Shown one piece after another: positions 1 through 12,586 of a stretch of 64,000 bases of DNA. The notes under the pieces are model-generated. The model was not told the DNA's origin. It ran no database searches and saw only the letters and a list, made by a program, of their open reading frames with translations. This DNA is from Macrostomum hystrix (Eukaryota; Animalia; Platyhelminthes). Position 1 is the stretch's first letter. Each line of letters begins with the position of its first letter. The DNA lies in NCBI GenBank assembly GCA_950097015.1, contig CATNEN010000010.1, positions 1,550,001 to 1,614,000 on the forward strand, given 5' to 3'. The translations under genes were made by a program, and so were the position numbers.

Positions 1-318
1 AAACTGGCCTGCAGTTTGGACATGCTTGTTCTCAGACAGACTCGGTGCAGTTGTGTTTCTGCATTTATTAAAGCACAGATTCTTTCGAAAAAAATGGTCA
101 GTATTTCTCAACGCTTAATGCGGCTAACAGGCATTTTTTCTTAACCTTTGACTTTGGACAAATTCGATATTTGAGTATTTGGACTTACACAAATCAACAA
201 CTACTTATAGCCTGGCTAAGGTACATTGCAGCCATTCTCTGATGAATCCAACTTTGACACATCACGGGGAAATAAGCGAAGCATGCACAAAGCCTAGGAA
301 AATCTGGGTAGGTCCCAA

Positions 319-2713
319 CTACAGTTCCTGCTTCGATTCTAACTACAGTTCCAGCTTCGATTCTACCTACAGTTCCTGCTTCGATTCTACTTACAGTTCC
401 AGCTTCGATTCTACCTACAGTTCCTGCTTCGAATCTAACTACAGTTCCTGCTTCGATTCTACCTACAGTTCCTGCTTCGATTCTACCTACAGTTCCTGCT
501 TCGATTCTAACTACAGTTCCTGATTCGATTCTACCTACAGTTCCAGCTTCGATTCTACCTACAGTTCCTGCTTCGATTCTACTTACAGTTCCAGCTTCGA
601 TTCTACCTACAGTTCCTGCTTCGAATCTAACTACAGTTCCTGATTCGATTCTACCTACAGTTCCTGCTTCGATTCTACCTACAGTTCCTGCTTCGATTCT
701 ACCTACAGTTCCTGATTCGATTCTAACTACAGTTCCTGCTTTGATTCTTCCTTCAGTTCCTGATTCGATTCTACCTACAGTTCCTGATTCGAATCTAACT
801 ACAGTTCCTGCTTCGATTCTAACTACAGTTCCAGCTTCGATTCTACCTACAGTTCCTGCTTCGATTCTACTTACAGTTCCTGCTTCGATTCTACCTACAG
901 TTCCTGCTTCGAATCTAACTACAGTTCCTGATTCGATTCTACCTACAGTTCCTGCTTCGATTCTACCTACAGTTCCTGCTTCGATTCTACCTACAGTTCC
1001 TGATTCGATTCTAACTACAGTTCCTGCTTTGATTCTTCCTTCAGTTCCTGATTCGATTCTACCTACAGTTCCTGATTCGAATCTAACTACAGTTCCTGCT
1101 TCGATTCTACCTACAGTTCCTGCTTCGATTCTAACTACAGTTCCTGCTTCGATTCTACCTACAGTTCCTGCTTCGATTCTAAACTACAGTTCCAGCTTCG
1201 ATTCTACCTACAGTTCCTGCTTCGATTCTACTTACAGTTCCAGCTTCGATTCTACCTACAGTTCCTGCTTCGATTCTACCTACAGTTCCTGATTCGATTC
1301 TAACTACAGTTCCTGATTCGATTCTACTTACAGTTCCAGCTTCGATTCTACCTACAGTTCCTGCTTCGATTCTACTTACAGTTCCAGCTTCGATTCTACC
1401 TACAGTTCCTGCTTCGATTCTACCTACAGTTCCTGATTCGATTCTAACTACAGTTCCTGATTCGATTCTAACTACAGTTCCTGCTTCGAATCTAACTACA
1501 GTTCCTGCTTCGATTCTACCTACAGTTCCTGCTTCGATTCTACCTACAGTTCCTGCTTCGATTCTACCTACAGTTCCTGATTCGATTCTAACTACAGTTC
1601 CTGCTTTGATTCTTCCTTCAGTTTCTGATTCGATTCTACCTACAGTTCCTGATTCGAATCTAACTACAGTTCCTGCTTCGATTCTAACTACAGTTCCTGC
1701 TTCGATTCTACCTACAGTTCCTGCTTCGATTCTACCTACAGTTCCTGATTCGATTCTACCTACAGTTCCTGCTTCGATTCTACCTACAGTTCCTGCTTCG
1801 ATTCTACCTACAGTTCCTGCTTCGATTCTACCTACAGTTCCTGATTCGATTCTAACTACAGTTCCTGCTTGATTCTTCCTTCAGTTCCTGATTCGATTCT
1901 ACCTACAGTTCCTGATTCGAATCTAACTACAGTTCCTGCTTCGATTCTAACTACAGTTCCTGCTTCGATTCTAACTACAGTTCCTGCTTCGATTCTACCT
2001 ACAGTTCCTGATTCGATTCTACCTACAGTTCCTGCTTCGATTCTACCTACAGTTCCTGCTTCGATTCTACTAGCGGGGCCTGCTTCGATTCTAACTACAG
2101 TTCCTGCTTCGATTCTACCTACAGTTCCTGCTTCGATTCTAACTACAGTTCCTGCTTCGAATCTAACTACAGTTCCTGCTTCGATTCTACCTACAGTTCC
2201 TGCTTCGATTCTACCTACAGTTCCTGCTTCGATTCTAACTACAGTTCCTGCTTCGATTCTACTAGCGGGGCCTGCTTCGATTCTAACTACAGTTCCTGCT
2301 TCGATTCTACCTACAGTTCCTGATTCGATTCTACCTACAGTTCCTGCTTCGATTCTAACTACAGTTCCTGCTTCGATTCTAACTACAGTTCCTGATTCGA
2401 TTCTAACTACAGTTCCTGCTTCGAATCTAACTACAGTTCCTGCTTCGATTCTACCTACAGTTCCTGCTTCGATTCTACCTACAGTTCCTGCTTCGATTCT
2501 ACCTACAGTTCCTGCTTCGATTCTAACTACAGTTCCTGCTTCGATTCTAACTACAGTTCCTGCTTCGATTCTAACTACAGTTCCTGCTTCGAATCTAACT
2601 ACAGTTCCTGCTTCGAATCTAACTACAGTTCCTGCTTCGATTCTACCTACAGTTCCTGCTTCGATTCTACTAGCGGGGCCTGCTTCGATTCTACTAGCGG
2701 GGCCTGCTTCGAT
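319..2713. repeat. 24-bp minisatellite (consensus ATTCTACCTACAGTTCCTGCTTCG), about 100 copies, in an intron of the minus-strand gene
   Basis: Unit read directly. It starts a few nt after a minus-strand GTGAGT donor at 2724-2719. The ORFs at 179, 741, 1606 and 1869, and the repeat part of the 1856-3022 ORF, are translations of it. Confidence 0.97.
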
Positions 2714-2724
2714 TCGAAACTCAC

Positions 2725-3760
2725 CGCTTGGCCCTCGGAACAGGCTGCCCACCCGGTCCTTGAGCAGCTGCGACCTGGCATTCGAGTCGCTGCTGCTCAC
2801 GTAAGAGTCGTCGTAAGCGCTGACTGGCGGCGGCGGGCCCCGCACCATCAGCGAGCGGAACTTGTTCTCCAGGTCCTCGGTCTTCACCGACTCCAGGTCA
2901 CCGTCCAGCAGCAGCGGCGTAGGGACTTGCGGCGGCGCTCGCAACGTGGAGAGCGGCCGGTAGCCACCGCCGACACCGGGCTTCGGGAGGGGAAGGTCTG
3001 CAGTGCGGCAGGGTGGGGACATTGTGCCTGCAGTGGATTGCTAGTCTAGCCTATTGATGAAGGAATGAAATGGATTGCTAGTCTAGCCTATTGATGAAGG
3101 AATGAAATGGATTGCTAGTCTAGCCTATTGATGAAGGAATGAAATGGATTGCTAGTCTAGCCTATTGATGAAGGAATGAAGTGGATTGCTAGTCTAGCCT
3201 ATTGATGAAGGAATGAAATGGATTGCTAGTCTAGCCTATTGATGAAGGAATGAAATGGATTGCTAGTCTAGCCTATTGATGAAGGAATGAAGTGGATTGC
3301 TAGTCTAGCCTTTTGACGAGGAAAAAACTATTTTAAGTCTGTCTTACAAAAAAATGTACAAGACAAAGATCCATTTATTGGTGCCATAGAAGCAGCATAG
3401 CAACGAAAGCGTGTGCTGGTTTTGCCATCCCTTGAACTAGGTGGATCTCGTTTTTCAGTCTTTGTCCCCACAGAAAAGTCGGTGTCCCAGACAGATTCGC
3501 GGGAAGCAAAGCCCCTGAATTTACCTCTCGGCTGCACCAGGGCCTTGCGGAACTCCCTGGCAAAGTCTTCCGTCTTCACGGAGTCGGCGTCTGTACCGCC
3601 ACGCCCGCCGGCGCTGCTTCTCTCGGGCGCTACAAGCATCTGGTTGAACTTGTTCACGAAGTCCTCGGTGCGAACGCTCTCGTTGTCCGAATTCTTCTGT
3701 CCGGATCCAGGAGCTGCGGGAGTGTCAGAGTTAGCGCCTCGGTTTGAATCGAATTCACAA
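2725..3760 (-). CDS. Internal exons (about 3760-3525 and 3027-2725) of an uncharacterised protein with three SV[KR]TED[FL]xxxFxxxxV motifs; further exons probably lie at about 4015-4110 and 4500-4620
   Basis: Donor AG|GTAAAT at 3525/3524 and acceptor CTGCAG|GC at 3028/3027 join in phase 1 (QPR-G-TMSPP). Donor GCG|GTGAGT at 2725. The exons are GC-rich and coding-like. The upstream boundary and the terminal exons are unresolved. Confidence 0.6.
3034..3320. repeat. 37-bp minisatellite (TGGATTGCTAGTCTAGCCTATTGATGAAGGAATGAAA), about 7.5 copies, intronic
   Basis: Unit read directly. It fills most of intron 3028-3524 and abuts the acceptor. Confidence 0.95.
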
Positions 3761-5073
3761 CTGAACTGACGGTTTGCGAGTCTCGGGAAACGAGAGAGAA
3801 GGCCATTCGTCAAAGGATTCTTCCCGAAATCGAAGAACTTACAATGTCACGATGCACAAGCAGAATGAACTTTCCAGCCTCCCAGATTTTTAAGCTGTAC
3901 ACAAATCAGTCAACCCGTTCCACTACTGAGAATTTCGGCTCAATACTGCTCTTCATTTCCTGCCCACAAAGCAGTCCAGAGTTTACACAACTCCCAGATG
4001 GAAATGAGCTCACCTGTCTCGTAGTCGGAGAATTCCTTCATCAGCTGCTGCTGCTGCTGCTGCTGCTCAGGCCGCTGCGGTGCGCGGTTCGTCAGAGCCC
4101 AGTGCGATCTGACAACGGAAACGCGGGGCAGGCGGAGCGCGGCTGTTTTGAGACCAATCTCTGGGGCAGGGGGGGTCCGGGGGCGGAGGGTGGTCGGAGC
4201 AGCTCAGCGGGGTCGCGCCAAGCCGATCAGCAACTGCTCAGACCCTTCGCGAACCTGTCACAGTAGACGAAAATGCGCTGCCGGGCTCGGTAAAGGAGGG
4301 TCGAGTTGAGCGGAGGGTTGGTTTCAGGTGAGTCGTGTTGATGAAGAAAGCAAAGAAAAATACGGCAGCAAAGATCGAGAGCAGTAGCGAAGGCGTTTTC
4401 TGTTGCTTTGGGGTGGGCGCGGCAGGCATTTGAGCACTCAGTAGCTGCTCTTGTACTTCATATATTGTGGGCATCTGCTCAGACATTTACTCACAAATCA
4501 GAGCTCACGCTGTGTCGACTCTCACACAGCAGAGGCTGGTGCGGAGTGGAGGCTGGGGTGGGTGTCAGCCGGCCTTTCAAAACTTTTTCGCTTGGCAACC
4601 GCCGAGATCTTCTGAGTGGGGCGATGAGAAGATAGAGAAATAATGCATAGGAGGAGTGGTGGGGCTGCTAGAGCACTCTGCAAGAAATGAGCAGGGCTGG
4701 GCTGCGGGCCGCATGGAGGTCCGTAACTGACACTGTGTCAGCGTTCTTCGGCGACACCGAAGCGGTTTTTCTGCTGACACAAAAGACAGAAGCCCACACG
4801 GCCTCCTAAATGCAAACACAGTGTCGAATTTCAGGGTGAGAAAATAAAATGGCTACACAGAACAGATAATAGATGGGGCGCACGGGTCATTCGGGTTGCA
4901 CACAACAGCTTTTGCAGATTTGTTTTGATAAAGCTGGATGGCGCCTCCGATGCTGTCTCGGCTTCACCTGCTCAATTAATTCCAGAAAGTTAGCGAGTCT
5001 TCGGGCTTGAAACTAATTTGCAAAACAGCTTGTAGCTACCATGATGCATAGTATTACAGACTCACGGCTAAAT

Positions 5074-6360
5074 CACACAGGCTCCCTGCTCACTCACACA
5101 GACTCCCTGCTCACTCACACAGGCTCCCTGCTCACTCACACAGGCTCCCTGCTCACTAACACAGGCTCCCTGCTCACTCACACAGGCTCACAGCTCACTC
5201 ACACAGGCTCACAGCTCACTCACACAGACTCCCTGCTCACTCACACAGGCTCCCTGCTCACTCACACAGGCTCCCTGCTCACTAACACAGGCTCCCTGCT
5301 CACTCACACAGGCTCACAGCTCACTCACACAGGCTCACAGCTCACTCACACAGGCTCACAGCTCACTCACACAGGCTCCCTGCTCACTCACACAGGCTCC
5401 CTGCTCACTCACACAGGCTCACAGCTCACTCACACAGGCTCACAGCTCACTCACACAGACTCCCTGCTCACTCACACAGGCTCCCTGCTCACTCACACAG
5501 GCTCCCTGCTCACTAACACAGGCTCCCTGCTCACTCACACAGGCTCACAGCTCACTCACACAGGCTCCCTGCTCACTAACACAGGCTCCCTGCTCACTCA
5601 CACAGGCTCACAGCTCACTCACACAGGCTCACAGCTCACTCACACAGACTCCCTGCTCACTCACACAGGCTCCCTGCTCACTCACACAGGCTCCCTGCTC
5701 ACTAACACAGGCTCCCTGCTCACTCACACAGGCTCACAGCTCACTCACACAGGCTCCCTGCTCACTCACACAGGCTCACAGCTCACTCACACAGGCTCAC
5801 AGCTCACTCACACAGGCTCACAGCTCACTCACACAGGCTCACAGCTCACTCACACAGGCTCCCTGCTCACTCACACAGGCTCCCTGCTCACTCACACAGG
5901 CTCACAGCTCACTCACACAGGCTCACAGCTCACTCACAGGCTCAAAGCTCACTCACACAGGCTCCCTGCTCACTCACACAGGCTCCCTGCTCACTAACAC
6001 AGGCTCCCTGCTCACTAACACAGGCTCCCTGCTCACTCACACAGGCTCACAGCTCACTCACACAGTCTCACAGCTCACTCACACAGGCTCAAAGCTCACT
6101 CACACAGGCTCCCTGCTCACTCACACAGGCTCCCTGCTCACTCACACAGGCTCCCTGCTCACTCACACAGGCTCCCTGCTCACTCACACAGGCTCCCTGC
6201 TCACTCACACAGGCTCAAAGCTCACTCACACAGGCTCAAAGCTCACTCACACAGGCTCCCTGCTCACTCACACAGGCTCAAAGCTCACTCACACAGGCTC
6301 CCTGCTCACTCACACAGGCTCACAGCTCACTTACACAGACTCCCAGCTCACTCACAAGGA
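5074..6360. repeat. 21-bp minisatellite (CTCACTCACACAGGCTCCCTG / ...GGCTCACAG), about 60 copies
   Basis: Unit read directly. The 318-aa THTGSLL ORF is its translation. Confidence 0.97.
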
Positions 6361-7224
6361 CTCACCGCTCACTAACAGACTCCCAGCTTACTCACCCACT
6401 GTAGCAGCTCACACAGCTGAATGCCGCTGGTTCCCCAGCTCTGACTGGCCGGGGTCGGTGAATAGTATGCACTTCGTCCATTTATTCGTACTTATCATTA
6501 ATTTTTCTACTGAGGTTCAGTTGAGTTCTTATAAAAGCTTCATGGTGAGCAATTGCAAAGCCAAAATTGAGCATGCCAGGCTCTGCCGATGAGTTCTTTG
6601 CTTCGGCCAGCAGATATGAGAAGTTTTGAATTTGCATGACCAAGAACTCAAGCCTTTTATATATTGACAAAGGCCGGTGCCGCAACCAGCTGCAGTTTTG
6701 GGTGCTGCATTGCTGAGCTTCCTGTCCCAGCTTGAGGCGGCCTCTTCATTGCCGTGCGTGACTCACTGCCTTCCCCAACCTTCATCTCCCAGCTGATATC
6801 CCATTCACGAGGCGATCGGGCTTAGACTTAGCGCAGGTGTTATAATCTGATCGCACCACTGCTTGCGAGCATCAATCTCAGATGGTCATGGAACTGATAC
6901 AGCTGGGATATGGGCTTTGAATTCTTGTCGACAAACTGACAGCTGACAGTTTTCATCACAGCCGAATAGCGCGAAATTGCCTAGTCCATTTGGTCTACTT
7001 TAAGTAGACAGCAGAACCAAATTGAGTAGATTTTGCAAGTAAAAATCTAGCATTGCCCAGACAAGACTCATGAGTCCATAAAAATTTCTGCGTCAAAGGC
7101 CTCTGTTAGCACTTGGATAATATCAACACTCATAAGCGGCACATAACATCAACATACGAGGCATACCAAACAAGTGAAAAAGACAACGAGATTCTTTAAG
7201 ATCTCACTAAACCAAGTCTTTGTC

Positions 7225-10200
7225 TCATTGAACCAAGGCGAGGTCTCACTGAACCAAGTCGAGATGTCATTGAAATTAGTAAGATCTCATTTAAGTAAGT
7301 CGAGGTCCGATTAAACCAAGGCGAGGTCTCACTGAACCAAGGCGAGGTCACACTGAACCAAGTCGAGGTCTCACTGAACCAAGGCGAGGTCTCACTGAAC
7401 CAAGGCGAGGTCTCACTGAACCAAGGCGAGGTCTCACTGAACCAATTTGAGGTCTCACTGAACCAAGTCGAGGTCTCACTGAACCAAGTCGAGGTCTCAC
7501 TGAACCAAGGCGAGGTCTGACTGAACCAAGTCGAGGTCTCACTGAACCAAGGCGAGGTCTGACTGAACCAAGTCGAGGTCTCACTGAACCAAGGCGAGGT
7601 CTGACTGAACCAAGTCGAGGTCTCACTGAACCAAGGCGAGGTCTCACTGAACCAAGGCGAGGTCTCACTGAACCAAGGCGAGGTCTCACTGAACCAAGGC
7701 GAGGTCTCACTGAACTAAGGCGAGGTCTCACTGAACCAAGGCGAGGTCTCACTGAACCAAGGCGAGGTCTGACTGAACCAAGTCGAGGTCTCACTGAACC
7801 AAGGCGAGGTCTCACTGAACCAAGGCGAGGTCTCACTGAACCAAGTCGAGGTCTCACTGAACCAAGGCGAGGTCTCACTGAACCAAGGCGAGGTCTGACT
7901 GAACCAAGTCGAGGTCTCACTGAACCAAGTCGAGGTCTCACTGAACCAAGGCGAGGTCTCACTGAACCAAGGCGAGGTCTCACTGAACCAAGGCGAGGTC
8001 TCACTGAACCAAGGCGAGGTCTCACTGAACCAAGGCGAGGTCTCACTGAACCAAGGCGAGGTCTCACTGAACCAAGGCGAGGTCTCACTGAACCAAGGCG
8101 AGGTCTCACTGAACCAAGTCGAGGTCTCACTGAACCAAGGCGAGGTCTCACTGAACTAAGGCGAGGTCTCACTGAACCAAGGCGAGGTCTCACTGAACTA
8201 AGGCGAGGTCTCACTGAACCAAGGCGAGGTCTCACTGAACCAAGGCGAGGTCTGACTGAACCAAGTCGAGGTCTCACTGAACCAAGGCGAGGTCTCACTG
8301 AACCAAGGCGAGGTCTCACTGAACCAAGGCGAGGTCTCACTGAACCAAGGCGAGGTCTCACTGAACCAAGGCGAGGTCACACTGAACCAAGTCGAGATCT
8401 CACTGAACCAAGGCGAGGTCTCACTGAACCAAGGCGAGGTCTCACTGAACCAAGTCGAGGTCTCACTGAACCAAGGCGAGGTCTCACTGAACCAAGGCGA
8501 GGTCTCACTGAACCAAGGCGAGGTCTCACTGAACCAAGGCGAGGTCTCACTGAACCAAGGCGAGGTCTCACTGAACCAAGGCGAGGTCTCACTGAACCAA
8601 GTCGAGGTCTCACTGAACCAAGGCGAGGTCTCACTGAACCAAGGCGAGGTCTGACTGAACCAAGTCGAGGTCTCACTGAACCAAGGCGAGGTCTGACTGA
8701 ACCAAGTCGAGGTCTCACTGAACCAAGGCGAGGTCTCACTGAACCAAGGCGAGGTCTCACTGAACCAAGGCGAGGTCTCACTGAACCAAGGCGAGGTCTC
8801 ACTGAACCAAGGCGAGGTCACACTGAACCAAGTCGAGATCTCACTGAACCAAGGCGAGGTCTCACTGAACCAAGGCGAGGTCTCACTGAACCAAGTCGAG
8901 GTCTCACTGAACCAAGGCGAGGTCTCACTGAACCAAGGCGAGGTCTCACTGAACCAAGGCGAGGTCTCACTGAACCAAGGCGAGGTCTCACTGAACCAAG
9001 GCGAGGTCTCACTGAACCAAGGCGAGGTCTCACTGAACCAAGGCGAGGTCTCACTGAACCAAGGCGAGGTCTCACTGAACTAAGGCGAGGTCTCACTGAA
9101 CCAAGGCGAGGTCTCACTGAACCAAGGCGAGGTCTCACTGAACCAAGTCGAGGTCTCACTGAACCAAGGCGAGGTCTCACTGAACCAAGGCGAGGTCTCA
9201 CTGAACCAAGTCGAGGTCTCACTGAACCAAGGCGAGGTCTCACTGAACCAAGGCGAGGTCTCACTGAACCAAGGCGAGGTCTCACTGAACCAAGGCGAGG
9301 TCTCACTGAACCAAGGCGAGGTCTCACTGAACCAAGGCGAGGTCTCACTGAACCAAGTCGAGGTCTCACTGAACCAAGGCGAGGTCTCACTGAACCAAGG
9401 CGAGGTCTCACTGAACCAAGGCGAGGTCTCACTGAACCAAGTCGAGGTCTCACTGAACCAAGGCGAGGTCTCACTGAACCAAGGCGAGGTCTCACTGAAC
9501 CAAGGCGAGGTCTCACTGAACCAAGGCGAGGTCTCACTGAACCAAGGCGAGGTCTCACTGAACCAAGGCGAGGTCTCACTGAACCAAGGCGAGGTCTCAC
9601 TGAACCAAGGCGAGGTCTCACTGAACCAAGGCGAGGTCTCACTGAACCAAGTCGAGGTCTCACTGAACCAAGGCGAGGTCTCACTGAACCAAGGCGAGGT
9701 CTCACTGAACCAAGGCGAGGTCTCACTGAACCAAGGCGAGGTCTCACTGAACCAAGGCGAGGTCTCACTGAACCAAGGCGAGGTCTCACTGAACCAAGGC
9801 GAGGTCTCACTGAACCAAGGCGAGGTCTCACTGAACCAAGGCGAGGTCTCACTGAACCAAGTCGAGGTCTCACTGAACCAAGGCGAGGTCTCACTGAACC
9901 AAGGCGAGGTCTGACTGAACCAAGTCGAGGTCTCACTGAACCAAGTCGAGGTCTCACTGAACCAAGGCGAGGTCTCACTGAACCAAGGCGAGGTCTCACT
10001 GAACCAAGGCGAGGTCTCACTGAACCAAGGCGAGGTCTCACTGAACCAAGGCGAGGTCTCACTGAACCAAGGCGAGGTCTCACTGAACCAAGGCGAGGTC
10101 TCACTGAACCAAGGCGAGGTCTCACTGAACCAAGTCGAGGTCTCACTGAACCAAGGCGAGGTCTCACTGAACAAGGCGAGGTCTCACTGAACCAAGGCGA

Positions 10201-11486
10201 GGTCTCACTGAACTAAGGCGAGGTCTCACTGAACCAAGGCGAGGTCTCACTGAACCAAGGCGAGGTCTGACTGAACCAAGTCGAGGTCTCACTGAACCAA
10301 GGCGAGGTCTCACTGAACCAAGGCGAGGTCTCACTGAACCAAGGCGAGGTCTCACTGAACCAAGGCGAGGTCTCACTGAACCAAGGCGAGGTCACACTGA
10401 ACCAAGTCGAGATCTCACTGAACCAAGGCGAGGTCTCACTGAACCAAGGCGAGGTCTCACTGAACCAAGTCGAGGTCTCACTGAACCAAGGCGAGGTCTC
10501 ACTGACCAAGGCGAGGTCTCACTGAACCAAGGCGAGGTCTCACTGAACCAAGGCGAGGTCTCACTGAACCAAGGCGAGGTCTCACTGAACCAAGGCGAGG
10601 TCTCACTGAACCAAGGCGAGGTCTCACTGAACCAAGTCGAGGTCTCACTGAACCAAGGCGAGGTCTCACTGAACCAAGGCGAGGTCTGACTGAACCAAGT
10701 CGAGGTCTCACTGAACCAAGGCGAGGTCTGACTGAACCAAGTCGAGGTCTCACTGAACCAAGGCGAGGTCTCACTGAACCAAGGCGAGGTCTCACTGAAC
10801 CAAGGCGAGGTCTCACTGAACCAAGGCGAGGTCTCACTGAACCAAGGCGAGGTCACACTGAACCAAGTCGAGATCTCACTGAACCAAGGCGAGGTCTCAC
10901 TGAACCAAGGCGAGGTCTCACTGAACCAAGTCGAGGTCTCACTGAACCAAGGCGAGGTCTCACTGAACCAAGGCGAGGTCTCACTGAACCAAGGCGAGGT
11001 CTCACTGAACCAAGGCGAGGTCTCACTGAACCAAGGCGAGGTCTCACTGAACCAAGGCGAGGTCTCACTGAACCAAGTCGAGGTCTCACTGAACCAAGGC
11101 GAGGTCTCACTGAACTAAGGCGAGGTCTCACTGAACCAAGGCGAGGTCTCACTGAACCAAGGCGAGGTCTCACTGAACCAAGTCGAGGTCTCACTGAACC
11201 AAGGCGAGGTCTCACTGAACCAAGGCGAGGTCTGACTGAACCAAGTCGAGGTCTCACTGAACCAAGGCGAGGTCTCACTGAACCAAGGCGAGGTCTCACT
11301 GAACCAAGGCGAGGTCTCACTGAACCAAGGCGAGGTCTCACTGAACCAAGGCGAGGTCACACTGAACCAAGTCGAGATCTCACTGAACCAAGGCGAGGTC
11401 TCACTGAACCAAGGCGAGGTCTCACTGAACCAAGTCGAGGTCTCACTGAACCAAGGCGAGGTCTCACTGAACCAAGGCGAGGTCTG
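7225..11486. repeat. 21-bp satellite (CTCACTGAACCAAGGCGAGGT), about 200 copies, with higher-order structure
   Basis: Unit read directly. All the RPRLGSV and SETSPWF ORFs are translations of it. Confidence 0.98.
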
Positions 11487-12586
11487 ACGTCAAATAAAAA
11501 ATGATTATTTTAGCAAAAATGCAGAGAAGCTATGATTTACACTGAATTGCTTTATAAAATAAAACAGTAACGCAAGACCAAGAGCTTTGCGAGCCAGTCA
11601 GAAATTTTTAGACGACACCCGAATATTAGGAGATGATTTATCATTCGACGAGACAGAAAATAACAGAAATAAGTTATTGCTTTCGTGTATTTCAATGTGC
11701 AAAAATTGGTTGCCGAGTTTGCTCGGCAATGGATTAGGATCCGAACTGTCTCTTTATAAATTTTAACTTTGCCGATGTGGCGACGAAAAAAGGAACGGAA
11801 AGAAAAGAACAAAAACGGAAAATATTTATGTGAGGACAGGCAGGCTGTGACAAAGGAAGCGGTCACCGCCTCATCGCTGAAACTGGATAAAACAGGTCAA
11901 AAGATTCTATGAAAACTGCTCAAAACCCGATCATAGCATGCAAATGTAGCCCGCAATCTGCTATTACTAAGTACTACGTATGTTAGCAAAGCGCACTGAG
12001 AGACCCGTGCGGCTTCTGAAACCGTAGATGAGGCCACGCCCAACACAGGCGGCAGTTTCTAGAAAGTAGAGGAAATTCTAAGCGGAAAATGTACAGTTAT
12101 ACACATATTATATCAGATATTGTATACTAGGTGGTGTTTTACATAGAGAAAAGCTATTCGTTTTCTTGTAAGCCAGCGCAGAGCAGGCAGCGAATACAAA
12201 CAACAGCGGTAAATTATTCAGAAATCTAAAACATAGAAAAGTTTATTATTAGAGGAACCAGGATAAAAATAAGATGACGTGTCCTAGGCAGCTAGCTGTG
12301 CGGGCAAAATTCTAAGAACTATGCAAGTTAAATGATAATTTCCTAACAGCAACTGAAGCTGCTATCAGTACGAGTATCTAAACGGTTTCCTACTCCTAAG
12401 GAGGGTTCCCGCTTGAATGATGTTGAAATTGCACTGCGACATGTGGAATTGTACCATCATGTTATCAATCAGGACACAAGCCCAATCGGGTAGATGTACC
12501 TCGTAACTATGTTCAGACAGTAAATCACCAGTTCACTATTCAGTCCGGTCTTTTCAGTCACGAGCAGAAAGCGAACGCCCGCGCAT

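Noticed and set aside
179-2804. Long ORFs of TVPASILP / YSSCFDST / RIEAGTVV repeats, including the 388-aa minus ORF
   Set aside because: They are translations of a 24-bp array. The minus ORF runs through a perfect GTGAGT donor at 2724, so the repeat part is intronic.
3034-3320. 37-bp repeats (and the 31-, 38-, 57- and 61-bp arrays) as CRISPR arrays
   Set aside because: The units are head-to-tail with no unique spacers, there are no cas genes, and the context is eukaryotic introns.
5041-5997. THTGSLL repeat ORF resembling an ice-binding or beta-solenoid protein
   Set aside because: It coincides exactly with a 21-bp minisatellite, has no signal peptide, and the array continues past the stop.
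7348-11360. RPRLGSV and SETSPWF repeat ORFs as repetitive proteins
   Set aside because: Stop-free frames of a 21-bp satellite, interrupted by indels, with no start context or flanking unique coding sequence.
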